Below, piece by piece: positions 1 to 12,864 of a stretch of DNA of 64,000 bases. The notes under the pieces are model-generated. The model was not told where the DNA came from. It searched no databases and worked only from the letters and a program-made list of their open reading frames with translations. The translations under genes and the position numbers were made by a program. Positions within the stretch are counted from its first letter, which is position 1; every line of letters starts with the position of its first letter. Source of the DNA: Vezdaea acicularis (lineage: Eukaryota); contig JAPEUI010000004.1 in the NCBI GenBank assembly GCA_026025075.1, positions 248,001 through 312,000 on the forward strand. The letters are read 5' to 3'.

Positions 1-693
1 ATACAAATGCATATCTTTTACTCACAGCAAATTGGGGGCCGCTTTACTGATCAAATGGCCGTGTGACACCTATCGTGACCTAGTGAGCCTCCTTATGAAC
101 AAGCTTTCAATCAAGAAGTTTAATCGCTTGCGCGGATAACGTCTCGAGCAAAAGCGTCACCGAGCGTTTTAGCGCCGCGCTAACGTGGACCTCGCTTCTA
201 CCCGAGCTAACCCCTGTCGAGCCAACCTCGAAAATGCATGGAAGCCATCTGTTTCTTCTAGCCCTGCAACGACGCCAGCTTGATGATATCAATATCACAA
301 CGAATGAACACGCGAAGGTCTCAAGACTTGAGAACGTTCTGAGAGGATTTGCACCGAGCCAATGTCAAGGAAGCTTGGTTAAATTGATGTGGACGTCAAG
401 GGTAACATGGCTAAGATAATTTACCCATTTGTCTGTTCTTGGCGTGTTACCAAGGCACCAACTTCGGTCTTGGTCATCCACGCACCTGCTCACTCGCGCA
501 GGCCAATACATATCGATTGTTGTTCCTGCGTCTGGTGAAAGTCTAATAATGCATGATGGATAGCTGGGTATTTACACTCTTTATTCTCGTGTAAGCTAGG
601 TCATGCGCTTAAGAGATTGGCGAAGCACTTGGGTCGTAAAAGGGTTGTGCCCACGTTCAACGCGACATCACACCCGGACGACTGATTTCACCC

Positions 694-1701
694 ATGGCTG
701 CATTCTCCCGGGGATTACGTGTGCGCATGCCAGAAAATAATCTCTTTCTATATTACGGAGCACGAGACATGACGACGTCATTCCCCTCCCTTTCTGGCCA
801 TAATCGTTGGTCAAAGATCAAGCACGACAAGGGCAAGGCTGATGCGCAAAAAAATAGACTGCGCTCTGCATTGTCGAAAGAGCTGATTCAAGCCTCAAAA
901 TGTTGTCTTCACCCATTGGTACACCGTTAGTAAAGTATTTTGCCCCTCTAACTTGTTGTCACAGTATTAGGATCCGATCCAAAGGTCAATCCTCGTCTTG
1001 CCGCAGCAATTGCCAATGCTAGAAAAGGTAAGTGCGAATACGGATGCATCTGAACCTGAGTTTCTAATCTCACAGAGAAAGCTGGCTTCCCTAAATCTTC
1101 CATTGAGTCAGCTATTGCCCGCGGTCAGGGTGTTTCTGGAAATGGTTCACCACTAGAGAATGTTACACTTGAGGCACTCCTCCCGCAGGCAGTGGCTTTT
1201 GTAATCGATTGCCAGACCGATAATAAGACTAGGTGTCTTCAAGAACTGCGCCTCCTTGTGAAAAGTCATGGGGGTACTGTCACATCAACTGCCTATCTTT
1301 TTGAAAAGAGGGGCCGACTAGTATTCGAGAAAGCCGAAAAAGCCGTCGATGATATATTGGAAGTAATAGTTGAGGCTGACGTGCACGATATGGAGACGGA
1401 CGAGAGTGGTAATGTTCTAGTGTTTACACACCCAAGTGATACTGTCATGACTGGGGCAAAAATATCGGAAAGAACGGGTATTCGGATGCACAGCTCTAAC
1501 ATCATATATCATCCGATTGAAGATACCCGAGTCCCTATAGATACGAAAGCGAGCGTGGAGGCTTTAACAGCGTTCATCACGGACATACAGCAAGAGTCCG
1601 CTGTTCAGGGTATATACTTCAATGCGGCGCAAGGCAAGGTTGGTGATCAGGAATGGGTAGGGCTACAAAACAGCATAGATGGTTCAGGAAATAGCCTTTG
1701 A
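694..1701 (+). CDS. YebC/PmpR (TACO1/DPC29-like) mitochondrial translational activator; 3 exons
   Basis: SGHNRWSKIKHDKG motif. Introns ~902-964 and 1028-~1075/1081 give DPKVNPRLAAAIANARK..GFPKSSIESAIARG, joined to ORF 1192-1701 (IDCQTDNKTR, YLFEKRG). Confidence 0.9.
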
Positions 1702-1876
1702 CAGAATATTCCTTGGAGACCAAGAATTGGGGATAGCTTTGTAATTGAAGTCGTTGAAGATTGTCTGCGAATGGGAGCCTTGCGGCATTTGCAACTAATG
1801 GTGAATGCTATGAGGTTGTCATTCAAATAGGTAGGCCAATGATGAATGCGTAGGTTTTGCTAACCTAGATGTATGC

Positions 1877-2201
1877 TTATTCCTCCCCCACTTGCGAAAC
1901 GACAGTCTTGCTTTCCTCTAACCTCCGAGCCCGTCTGTCTAGCCGTCGCTTCCTCAATCTTTCTAATTCAGAAACTATGTCCTCCTTTTCAAATGGAATC
2001 TTGTGGGTGGTGCCGGGGGCGGGCCAGAAGTCCGGTACTGAAAAGCGTTTGTCGAGGTTTGTTCCAAAATAGTACATGATGCCGATAGGGAACATTATGT
2101 ACATGCCGAACTGCTCATCCTTTTAGTATCCATCTTTATCAGTTAGGAGGCATGAAATTGGTGTTCTTTACCTTGAAGACCTCAAGATTTGGGCCGGCCA
2201 T
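1877..2201 (-). CDS. PET100: Cytochrome c oxidase assembly factor Pet100
   Basis: MAGPNLEVFK|FGMYIMFPIGIMYYFGTNLDKRFSVPDFWP; intron 2112-2171. Confidence 0.88.
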
Positions 2202-2439
2202 TCTGAATTGGGTAGGTATCACCTTTGTCGGCTTAGGCGTTATGGGGTAAGGTGTGGTGCTGGATCAATCGACAAATATGCTTCTGGCATGCGCTAAGGG
2301 CCCGCATTGACAGCCGAGGCACGCCAGCTCCGTGAGACCTTTAAAGTTTCAAAGCCTACTTTCAAAGTTGAAAGAATTATAGTCTTGTCAAAATTAGAGA
2401 TTCAGACGGTGTTTTATTGTTTCTTGAAATAATATTGTC

Positions 2440-3301
2440 ATGGCTTCGTCAGAAATTATCCTCGAAACGCAGGGCAAGATTGCTATCATCACACTTAATG
2501 TCCCTCAGAAGCTTAATGCTCTGAGCCAAGATCTATACTATCAATTATCTTCTTTGATGCGGAAAGTCGCTACCCAAGAAGATATCTTCATCACTCTTCT
2601 GATAGGGAAAGGGCGATTCTTCTCAGCGTATGTGCCGTTTGCCTTGTCCTTTATTCTCTATCTAATGACCATGCAGCGGCGCGGATGTGGGAACAATTGT
2701 CGCCCCAGAGGAAGGTGACGAGCGGCGCTTTCACCTCCGCGGCTTTGTAGCCAACAACCTCGATATTACGAACGCTTTTTACACCCATCCCAAAATTTTA
2801 ATAACAGCATTGAATGGCCCTGCTGTGGGCCTATCTGCCGCGCTCCTGGGATTTTCCGACTTTGTATACGCAGCACCCCATGCTTACATACTTACACCAT
2901 TCACATCTCTGGGCCTCGTGGCCGAAGGTGGTGCAAGTGTAGCGTTCGTACAACGCCTTGGTATATCAAAAGCAAACGAGGCGCTTATCATGAGTAAGAG
3001 GATAATGGCTGAGGAACTGCTCGCAATTGGATTTGTGAATAAGATTTTTGACGTGGGTAACAAAGATGATGACATGAAATTTAGAGCGGAGGTATTGAAG
3101 GAGATCGATGAGCGACTCGGAGATCATTTGATTGATAGCAGTCTGCTAAAAGTCAAAGAACTAATAAGGAAGCCGGAAAGAGAATTACACGACAAGCAGG
3201 TCGTGGCAGAAGTCTTTGGAGGACTAGAACGATTTGTAGCCCGAATCCCCCAGGAGGAATTCCGAAAAATCGCTAGTGGACAGAAGAGACATAAGTTATA
3301 G
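2440..3301 (+). CDS. ECI1: Peroxisomal delta3,delta2-enoyl-CoA isomerase (crotonase family)
   Basis: ITLNVPQKLNAL, GKGRFFSA|GAD, ALNGPAVGLSAA, PFTSLGLVAEGG; intron ~2629-2676; PTS1-like C-terminus HKL. Confidence 0.9.
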
Positions 3302-3460
3302 AGTTGGGGGTGACCCTGGCGTATCTTGCTGCTCATATACAGAGGTGGCAGAACACGATGATTTGTATGTATAATGTAGAGTCAAATCTCTTGAATATCC
3401 GAGATATCTCAAGGGCATAATACCTCGGAACCGCCCCGTAATGCAACTGGCCAAAAAGCA

Positions 3461-4076
3461 TCAGGAGCTCCTCTCGTAATTATCTCCCCTTGACCCCTGA
3501 AAGTTGGCTTCTCTTTGCTTCTCATCTTGTCTCCTCCAATGGCTACCCTCTTCATAGTCAGCTGAAATGCCCAGGGCTTTCCGGACCTTTTCGCTCTCTT
3601 GAATCTTTGCTTGCGCTAGCTCGTGGACTTGGTGTCTCTTCAAACCTCTTGCATTCGATTCATTCGAAATGTCTGCCTCTGCCGCATACTCTGCAAGAAG
3701 CTTAGCACGTAGGGCACTTGTATATTCTTCAATCTCATCCTCGTCGCATCTTTTGATCACAAGTTAGTCTCGAGGGGATCCGCGAGATTTAGAAATGCGT
3801 CTGTTTGTCAAGGACAGTACATATGATGTGATGGAAACTAGCATACTCTTCGTCTTCCATCCGCACACGTGCCTCAAATACCTTGAGTTCCACCTTTCGT
3901 TTTCGATCATGATCTAGAATCTCTTTATCCGGCTGGCGTTGGTGATAGCCAGCAGACTCGAAATCCTTTGGATATGGTGCGGGGTTGTCCCTTGGTCGAA
4001 GATGCGAGATGTTTCGTTGAACGTAGCCTGAAGTGCCGCTGCCCCTGGGCGTCGACAAGCCTACATTTGAAGACAT
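3461..4076 (-). CDS. CWC21: Pre-mRNA splicing factor Cwc21
   Basis: MSSNVGLSTPRGSGTSGYVQRN and ILDHDRKRKVELKV; one intron ~3750-3847. Confidence 0.93.
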
Positions 4077-4363
4077 TCGAAACCTTATGGAATTATTAGG
4101 CCAAGTACTGCAAGTTTGGGGTTCTTCGAGCTTCTCCGGTAGCAGTAGGCACCGGGGACCTTGATGTGAGTAATAGGGAATGTGGAAGGTTGCCCAGCTG
4201 CGGAATTCCGCCGCAATGCGTCACATTTGCCCCACCATTATTTCGCCTTTCCCTCTACAAAAACACTTCCGCACCACAGAACTCCAACATCGCTAGCCTT
4301 AATGCCTTCCCATGCTGGTAGCTATTTCAGAACTCCCATGTTATTGTGAGCCGTTTTCACGAA

Positions 4364-5656
4364 ATGCTCTCCGTTGAGACACCAAGCTCTAAGGCTATGG
4401 CCGAACCCGCAGGCCCCTTGACTCGTCTACCATTTCCACCCATCACAAAGAGCCATATACTTAATTGTTCTTACCATTCGTGGCATCCAACGTAGGGCTC
4501 GATTGCGAGAGTATCCTCGAGCACAACAGAGCTAAAAAAACACTCTAGATACAAAACATCTACGCCCAAAGCCAGACTCATCCCTTTAACTCCCCCCTTT
4601 TTGGAATATTTGCGGGAAGATGGTATTGTCCTCCCTGCTGACGACTCTGACGCTGAAGCTACATGGAGCGACAAAGACAGTGGTGTATATTCAGTAGACA
4701 AGGAGGAATCGGACGACGATGATGGTTTTCTAGACCCATCGAGCCACTTTCTTGAGCTCCACAACAAGATCAAGGAGACAATAGCCGAGCTGGGGGGGAA
4801 AGTTACGCCGAAGCTGAACTGGTCGGCGCCGAAAGATGCAACATGGATAGCTGCAACGAACAGTATGGAGTGCAACACAGCTAGCGACGTATACTTGCTA
4901 TTAAAGAGCTCGGATTTCATCACGCATGATTTACAACATGCATTTGACGGGTGTATCGACGAGTTGTCGAGTCCTACGGACGGCGAGAGCTCTCTTCCTG
5001 AGACGTCGATATCTTTACGAGATATACCGTACCATCTAGTACTACGCAAGTATCTAAATATGAATCCTTCTCTTGAGTTCCGATGCTTCGTTCGGGACAG
5101 GAAGATCATCGGTATCACTCAGCGGGATCCGAACCATTTTGAGTTCCTCTTCCCCATGGTTGACAGCCTGAGGTCTCGAACCCAAGCTTTCTTCGATGAG
5201 AAACTGAAGAAAACCTTCCCGGATCCAAATTTCGTCTTTGACGTCTATATCCCGCCTCCTCATAAGCGGGTGTGGCTGATCGACGTGAACCCCTGGGCCC
5301 CTCGAACCGACCCTATCTTATTCTCCTGGCTTGAGCTGCTTGAGCTCGAAGTCCCTATGGAAAGCGGATCCGCTTCTCCAAGACCCTCTATTAGCGAAAA
5401 GTCACAAGGAGGTGAAGACTCTGAAGCAGAAAAGGAACTGCCTTTCGTCCCAGAATTTCGCCTGATACATAGGGACGATCCTGAAGCGTTCTGCTTCAAC
5501 ACACCGCAATATAGTGCTCACAAACTTCCAAGAGACGTGGTAGATGCATCCAAGGAGGGGTATGGAGGGATTCGAGAGTTTGCTGACCAGTGGAAGGAAA
5601 TCATAAGGCAGCAGGAGGTGGAAGAGCGAGAAAAGGGAGAGGAAGTTGGCGGGTGA
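4364..5656 (+). CDS. CDC123: Cdc123/D123 ATP-grasp eIF2 assembly factor (start 4364 or in-frame 4397)
   Basis: [11 protein letters not shown] exon, intron ~4492-4548, then [39 protein letters not shown]. Confidence 0.93.
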
Positions 5657-6319
5657 AGAAAGTAAAAGTAGCTGCGGCAACAATTTTCAAGGGTAGCCGT
5701 CTTGGTCGAAACTATTCGTAGGAGGATGAAGGATGCCTCTGGAATGAAGCTCAGCCCTGTGCTTAGGAATAGGGTATCCTCGCTCCTGTGCAGCGTGATG
5801 GCGAAGACTTCGTAGAATGAGCTCAACGTAGCTCTGATGTTATGCGGCTGCTTGTGTTTATATGTACCCAGTACATTGTATCATTACAAGTGAGAGGGAA
5901 GAGGGTCCGCAAAGGGCAGGGGAATCTATCATGATGGGCATTTTTGGGTGTAGGGGAGCTGTTTTCAAATACCGTGGAGTACATAGGACTAGAAATGGGC
6001 TGCCAATAGTCAATGAAACCCATAGACACGGAAGAAGCATGAAAGAGAGGAGACCTTCATGATATCGAGGAATTTCATAACTTCATGATTTTCCTCAGTT
6101 ACGGATGACTAGAAGCGATGACGACTTATAATCCCTTCAATTCTCAAGAGCCAGATATGCCACAACGCCCCCAGCATATGCTCGCATGCAAATAAACGAC
6201 ACCTCCTAATGCATGACCCATACCCTATGCAGAGAACAAATTCCCAGTCATATCTCTAACCAATAAAACATATCCACAGCGAAGAGAATTGAACCATTCT
6301 TTCATATACAGGCATCAGT

Positions 6320-7907
6320 CTAGAGTACCCACAAAGCACCCGCACCTACGGCCGCCAGCATCCCGAGCGGGACCTGCGTCTGGATTGCGCCGCCCTTCGA
6401 GGCGGAGGAGCCGGTCGGCGTCACGGTGATGGTGCTCTGCGGATTCGCGCCGAAGCCCACTCTTCCTCCGCCAGTGGCTGTAGCCTGGACTGTCACGGGG
6501 CTCGCGACGCCCGTCGCATCCGGCACGGCGTTCGAGCCCGTCCCGATCTGGACTACATGGTCCTGGCTCGAATTGAAGTTCGTCTGCGCCAGCGAGATCT
6601 GGTTATTGTCCAGATCATAGACAACATAGGCGGACCGCAAGAAGGTATCGCCAAGAATATTCGGATTGTTGCCCGCGGGCGCGACTCCGAAGATACACTG
6701 GCTGCCGGTGCCCTGGGTGGACCCGCCACCGGCGCTGGCGCTAAGGACGAGTTCGTTGAAAGGCACGGCGATGATGGGGCCGCTAAAGTTGAAGGTTAGG
6801 AAGGAGTTATTCTGCGCGAGAGAACAGTCGCAGAGGGCAACGCCGTCGTATTGCGAATACTGCGCGTTTACGGTTGTATAGATTACGTCGACAACGTCGT
6901 TAGGGAGGTAGGTGAGAGAGCTGCCGGAGTCAAGGAGAGCGGCGGCGGGGAGGCTGCTCGAGATGATGCTGGAATTGGCGTCGTCCACATCGAAGCCGAC
7001 GCCCGTTAGAGCGAGGAGGAACTCACTAGGGCTTTGGCCACGCCGGGTTTGAATTGGGAGCGTAGAGAGGGCCCCGTGGTATTTCTCGGTGTTTACGCCG
7101 CCAAAGAGAATCTCGCCCGTTGAAGAGGAGAGGTCGTTCAGCCAGAGACTGTAGGCGTTCGATTGGATGATGCCGTTCGCGACCATCAATTGTGGAAGGT
7201 TCTTGTACGTGCTGCCAGCGCCTACGCCGACAATGGCTTCATTGGCAGCGTAACCAATTCCTAGGATACCGTCGACGTTGCTTGATTGGTATCCAACCCC
7301 AAACTCTAAGCCATCGACGGTTGTTCCTCCGATAGTGATTGTGTCAGACACATAGTCTCCCGAAGCACCTGAGCCGTCTACGTAGGAAATCTGGAAGGCG
7401 CTATTGATCTGTTTATATGTGGTTGATTTCGTTGGGTCATCTGGGGTGAAGTTAGCGCTGTCAAGAGTACCTCGCCAAGAAGGAGATGGAACCTACAAGT
7501 CCCCGAGGATCTGCAATAGCCCCGCCGATCACTACATATCCTTGATGAGGGTGTGTTTGTCCACAAATCACTGCTGCCCGTGTCAAGATGAAGTCGTATA
7601 GATTGAGGTGGTGTCCCGATGGTAACGTTCGCATAATACAACGCTTGCTATTCGTCATGTCCTCAGCACCATGCCTTCTCAGTCAAAGCGTCCATTAGAT
7701 TGCTCTTACCTGCGATTGATCAACATCTACCAATACAGCGTCACGCTTCACCATCCGCTCGCGGTCGTGCGTCACTGGATCTAAGATCTGTGCGCGCTCC
7801 GTGCGCATTCTAAGGACAGCCGGGTTTTCGCGTTGCACGAGCTCAAGAGCCTGCGCTCCTGCCGATAGTAGCGCGCAGGTGTAGGCTACGCCCGCGACAC
7901 ACCTCAT
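6320..7907 (-). CDS. Secreted, probably GPI-anchored yapsin/OpsB-like aspartic protease (A1)
   Basis: Signal peptide MRCVAGVAYTCALLSAGAQA; catalytic DTGSSDLW and LDSGSSLTYLP; ILGDTFLRSAYVVYD; Ser/Thr tail and hydrophobic C-terminus; 2 introns. Confidence 0.9.
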
Positions 7908-9649
7908 GATGCGTAATTGCGTATGGAAAGTGAGATAGAGAATGATTTGGACAAGGCCGGAGAGCCCGTCAGCGGTTGCGATCCAAAGAAAAAAGGAAGC
8001 GAAAGAAGCGAAAGAAGCGTTTAAGGGTGGAAAGGAGAACTTCCAGCGAACGCAGATATCTGGTGCTGGCAAGAACGTCAAGAGACAGACAACAGAGTAG
8101 AAGGCAAGGAAATGAGCCACGAAGTAATAAGGAAGAAGAGAACTAAGCCGCAAAAAAAGAGTTACGGGATATGGAAGCGTCTCCTCAAAGCGGCAAGTCG
8201 TTGCCGCCGCCCTGGGGGCGAAGGGCGTTTGATGACGCGGACGAACTGCGATCCGTGCATTCGCCTCGCGCTAAACCAATTTCAGTTTCTCGGACCGCCC
8301 TCAGTGAATCATAATGGCGGCTGCGATGGGATGGCCAGGGCACCTCAAACAAGGGAGATGGCCAGCTGACTGCGCACCAGTCTGCAATGGCTGTTGCATC
8401 TCCAGAGTCGGCAGCAACGCATTGGCTTGGGGGAAGGGCCCTTTGTGCCTGCATTTTGATCTCGTTCACGGACGCCTTGTTCTCCCCTAGGGCTTCGCTA
8501 AATCCCCAGAAAAGCAGCGCCGATCTTCAAACGAAGATCTCCAAAGAGAACACGGGAGCAAAGAAAGACGCAAACGCGAGCACGCAGAACGGAGCAATAA
8601 AAATCTGGATGGAAAACAGCGTTTTCGAGTGTGAAGGTGAGAAAGAAAAGAAACCGAGATCCACCCGATCTCGCGCCGGCTGCACCGCCCCACCCCACGG
8701 CCGGCCAAGCTTTTTCAAGATGGCGGCCCCACAGTTGCCGCTAGCCGCTTGCCTCCTTCGGGACAGAAGCACAGGCCGCACGAAGCTCGCTTGGATGCCT
8801 GCACGGAAATATCCCCGAGGCTCTGCTGCTGCGCTGCATCCTGCGCGAGGGATACGAGATCCGATCTGTGTTGGTGTTGATAGCGGCTAATAATGGATGC
8901 GTCTGCTACTAAGCCTTCACGATTGGGGTACGAGGTGGTACTTGCTTAGAAAGGGAAACGGTCTGCGAAGCTGCCGCCTTCGAAGGAGGAAGAGAGATGG
9001 GAGCATGCACCGCCACAGCACTCTACCCAGCAATGCCCGCTGCTGAACTGCAGCCGGGCTCACGTGCAATTCCGAAGGTCGACAAATGCTTGCGTCAACA
9101 GTTTCACGCGCAGAGCTGGTTCGGCCAGTGAGTGTCGAGACGGAAGTCAAGGCCGGGCCCACAAGGAACATGGAGGTCCAGTCAATGTCATCATAGCTGA
9201 CGCGGTCTTCCACCTGCACCGGAACTGTCACGATCTGGTATCGCGTGCGCGAACGATGGACCGACGGCCTGGAGTCATCTCGAATATGCGATATTGCAGA
9301 GAAGCGCTGCTGGCCAACGGAGGTATAGGAGTCAGGCCCGATGGGCCGCCGTACGTTTGATACGTCGCTTCAAACCCATCACGAGCGCTCTTCCGAAACT
9401 CGTTGGGCGCCAACCACGGAAAATACGCGATTCGCCATTCGTCCGACCGTCTGTCCTTCTGTCCGCGACACAGGGGCCCAAAACTACTGTGCTCTGGTTC
9501 GAGAAAGCTTGACCTGGAGATGACAGGCAGCCCCGAATGCCCTCACGTCGCCGAAGGCATGCGACCAGTCCATCCCACAACGTTTGTTGCGGCGCCGAAC
9601 CGACTATTATTTCAAATTTCTATGTTACAAATTTGAGATGTCCAAGAGG

Positions 9650-12468
9650 TTACAGCTCGTCGTGGGATGACTGCGCCCCGTCCAGCGATGGCCACGCCAT
9701 CAATTTTACCACAAGGCTTGTCCAGCCCGTGAAATGCTGCGTACGCTGTCCGTGCCCGTCCTCGGGGTTATACTGCTCCCATGCAAATCCTGTCGCTCGC
9801 CATTGGTCGTAGACGTTGCGCACCACGTTGGCACGCAGTGCTTGGTACATCCGTTGAGCTTGGGCCTGATGAGGTCCAGCGACCTGTGCTAGATCCTATT
9901 GATGTATTAGCTCGAGTCCATGGGGCCTTGCATGCCAAATAGCTACTCACCAGTAAACGCCATATTACCAGATAATTCATGTTAACCCATACCGGACTCC
10001 TCCAGTAATTCTCTTCCGTTCCATAGAGTTCGTCTTTCTTGCTTAGGCTTCGAATGCCATACTCCGACCATAGTTCCTCCGGATTCTCAATCAGGTCCAA
10101 GACCGCCTTCAGACGTGGGCTGTCAGGCCCGACGAGCCCTACCATGAAGGGGAAGATGCTGACGTATCCTTTATGGCAGACGTGCACGCTTTCCTCGTAG
10201 GCATCGATCGTAGCGTCACAATAAGTTTGCGCTCTCTCGTCCCAATGCAGATCGTCAATGTTTCGAATTATGGCATTTTCGATGCTGCCATACTCGCTGG
10301 CGTCCTCATCCTCGCCAATTTTCTTTGCGATACGCTTCATGCTTCTCGACATCATGCCCATCCAGCTGATGAGGTCAACGTGAAGTTCTCCAGGGTGAGG
10401 AGGCTGCGGTCGGGGGTAATCATCTAGACCTGAGGTCAAAATATGTTGTGGAGTGCGTCCCCGCCAACGATACGCTTCCTTCGAAGAGAATGCTTCACGG
10501 TCATAGGTCTTGATATCACCCCGTTGTGTTCGTCGGAACCAAGCAAAGTGCTTCTTGAGCAAGGGGTAGAGCTGTTTGAGGTACTGAATTGCTAATCCTG
10601 GGTTGTCGAGGTGTGCGGAGCGCAAATTACGGCCTGCTATGTCTTCGTCAAGAGACCGCTCCGATGCCTTTTCACTACTATTTGCATTTTCCAACTTGTC
10701 GATGAATGTCTCTAAAACGAAAAAAAGAGTGGGAGGATTGGCGTAATGAGGGTATTGCGTTTGGAACTCCGCCGGAACTTTGCTGCGAGCTTCAGGTCCT
10801 AGAATCTGCTCCCGGCCAATCCAACCGTCTTCGTCCATGAGCATGAACCAGCTCTTAGTGATCTCCAGACTAAGAGTTTGTTAGCAAATGCTAGGTTCAG
10901 CTCGTCCTATTGCTCACGTCAAATCAATATCCCAGTCTGCAACAGGAAGCAAGTGAAACCCTTCGTCCCAAAGAAATCCTCTTGGAAAGAACGGCCTCGA
11001 AGGAATGCTGGTGAAGAGTTCTGAGGGGCCTTCGAGCTTCTCCGTGCCTCGGCTGCGTGCTTCAGCAGTCTCCTGCCAGAAACCCTCATTCTCTTCCTCG
11101 TATTCTGGCGCATATGATCGGTCGACCTTTGAGTCGCCATAGAAATAACCAATACCACCAATGAGGTTAGAGAAGAGTGATCTGGAGAAACCCTCAAACA
11201 CAGGGTCTTTGAACGGTGCTTGAGGTACGAATATCCGCGTAAATCGCGCCCTGAAAGAATCGGTTACACTTTTGATCTTGTCTGTTAATACTTCCGCTAA
11301 GTAAATGTTAGCTCGAAGCTAAGGAGGTCTCGATCTACACATATTCTTACTGTTAAGAGGGTTAGGGTCAGATCCGGATTTGAAGAGAACATCAAACTAG
11401 TTCAGTTATGAGCAGTGACTTCAAAAGAGACAGCAGCGAACATTCTTACTTCAAATGGGCCACGGAAAGTCTTCTGAACAAAGTGAAAGTTCCCTACACC
11501 TGGAGTGTGCCCAATGGTGAATGCCTGCCAAGGCGGTGGAGTGTTTTCTTCTCCATATTTCCCCACATACTTGTCAACCTCTTTTTTGAGCTCAGAATAC
11601 AAAACAGCTGTGACGCAAGATAACTGGTTAGTGCTCTGTAACCTTGATTCTGCGATGCAAGAACTCTACCTTTAGCTTGCCATAGAGCTTGGTCAGGCAA
11701 TTGAAGAGAGTCTACCCGAGTGCGATCGAGAGGTTTCTCTCTATGACTTGGATGAGCATGAATAGGATACTTGTTACTTTTCGACCCTGTTGTGATATCA
11801 ATCTTGAACTCCCCAAGCTCTGGGCTCTTCCCTTCAATTGTAACATCTCCTTCGAAGCCTAAGGCATCGTCCCCTTCCACGGACAAACTTCCAAGGCCTT
11901 CAATTGCAGCGTAGAAGACTACTGTGGTCTTCAAATCAGCTGAAGCGTCATCTCTTGGCGACCCTTTGATCCTGACTGCCCAGTTGCCCCCGTTTGTCCC
12001 GCCAGGTATTTTCACAAACTCAGTCGTGAGGTCGATTTTGTTGCCGCTGTCATGAACCACTTGACGACCTCCGGTTCGAGTGTCATATTCGTCCCATCCA
12101 TACCCCAGCATACCCTCGTTCTGCTCGCATGTGTGCCTGAAATCTGCGCGACAGACCGGAGTCAGCATGGCATTCGTCAAGTACTGAAGGTACAGGATAT
12201 AGCTCTAGCCCATACTACTCTGTACGCTCTGGAAGTCCTCAACCATGGACCAAAGCAGGCCTGTACTGAGAGACTTGGGGAGCCTTGGCCTGACTCCGAA
12301 ATAGAGATTGGGCCTGTAAGGGCCCCACAGTAGCGACTCATTGGACGCACGTCCAAGCTCGCCGGCTAAAACTGAAGCACCTTCCTCTAAGGCGTAAGTA
12401 CCGCCGATACATACTGATAAAACCGCAATTAATAAGGTGCAGAACTGAACAGTTGACCGCAGGCCCAT
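9650..12468 (-). CDS. CWH41: Mannosyl-oligosaccharide glucosidase I (GH63), multi-exon
   Basis: SLLWGPYRPNLYFG, PSRPFFPRGFLWDEGFH, LTSGLDDYPR, WEQYNPEDGHG..HFTGWT; C-terminal HDEL. Confidence 0.95.
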
Positions 12469-12864
12469 ATTCTAGTATATGAGCCACCTGTGGCTGCCTG
12501 TCAGTAGCTCTAAAATGAATTAATCCGATCTCGAAGGGACACATCTGATGTCGAAATTTCGCGATTCAAATCCTTCCGGCGGGAAAAACAGACCACCCGT
12601 GCAGTCCTTGAATTTATTGCAGCTATCACAGTTGTACTTCACAAGAAATGTGTTTTAAAACTATGTGCTTGGAAATACTGCGCCATACTCGTGACCATTC
12701 AAAGCTTCAGACAATGCATATCGAATGAAAAGATAAATCGTGCGGAAGATGATATTCAACGTGCTCTCATAATTATGCTTAGATGAGTTGCAGTATTAGC
12801 TACGACACCTATGCTGCTACGCCAGTCTTATGCCGTTACAGCTAATTGCGGGATCATGTTTGTG

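Noticed and set aside
1..419. Open + frame ~100-419 and short ORFs at the window start
   Set aside because: Could be the last exon of an upstream gene, but no recognisable motif or convincing splice model.
8112..9636. Many overlapping 60-170 aa ORFs upstream of the yapsin gene
   Set aside because: GC-rich intergenic/promoter DNA; mostly non-ATG starts and no recognisable domains.
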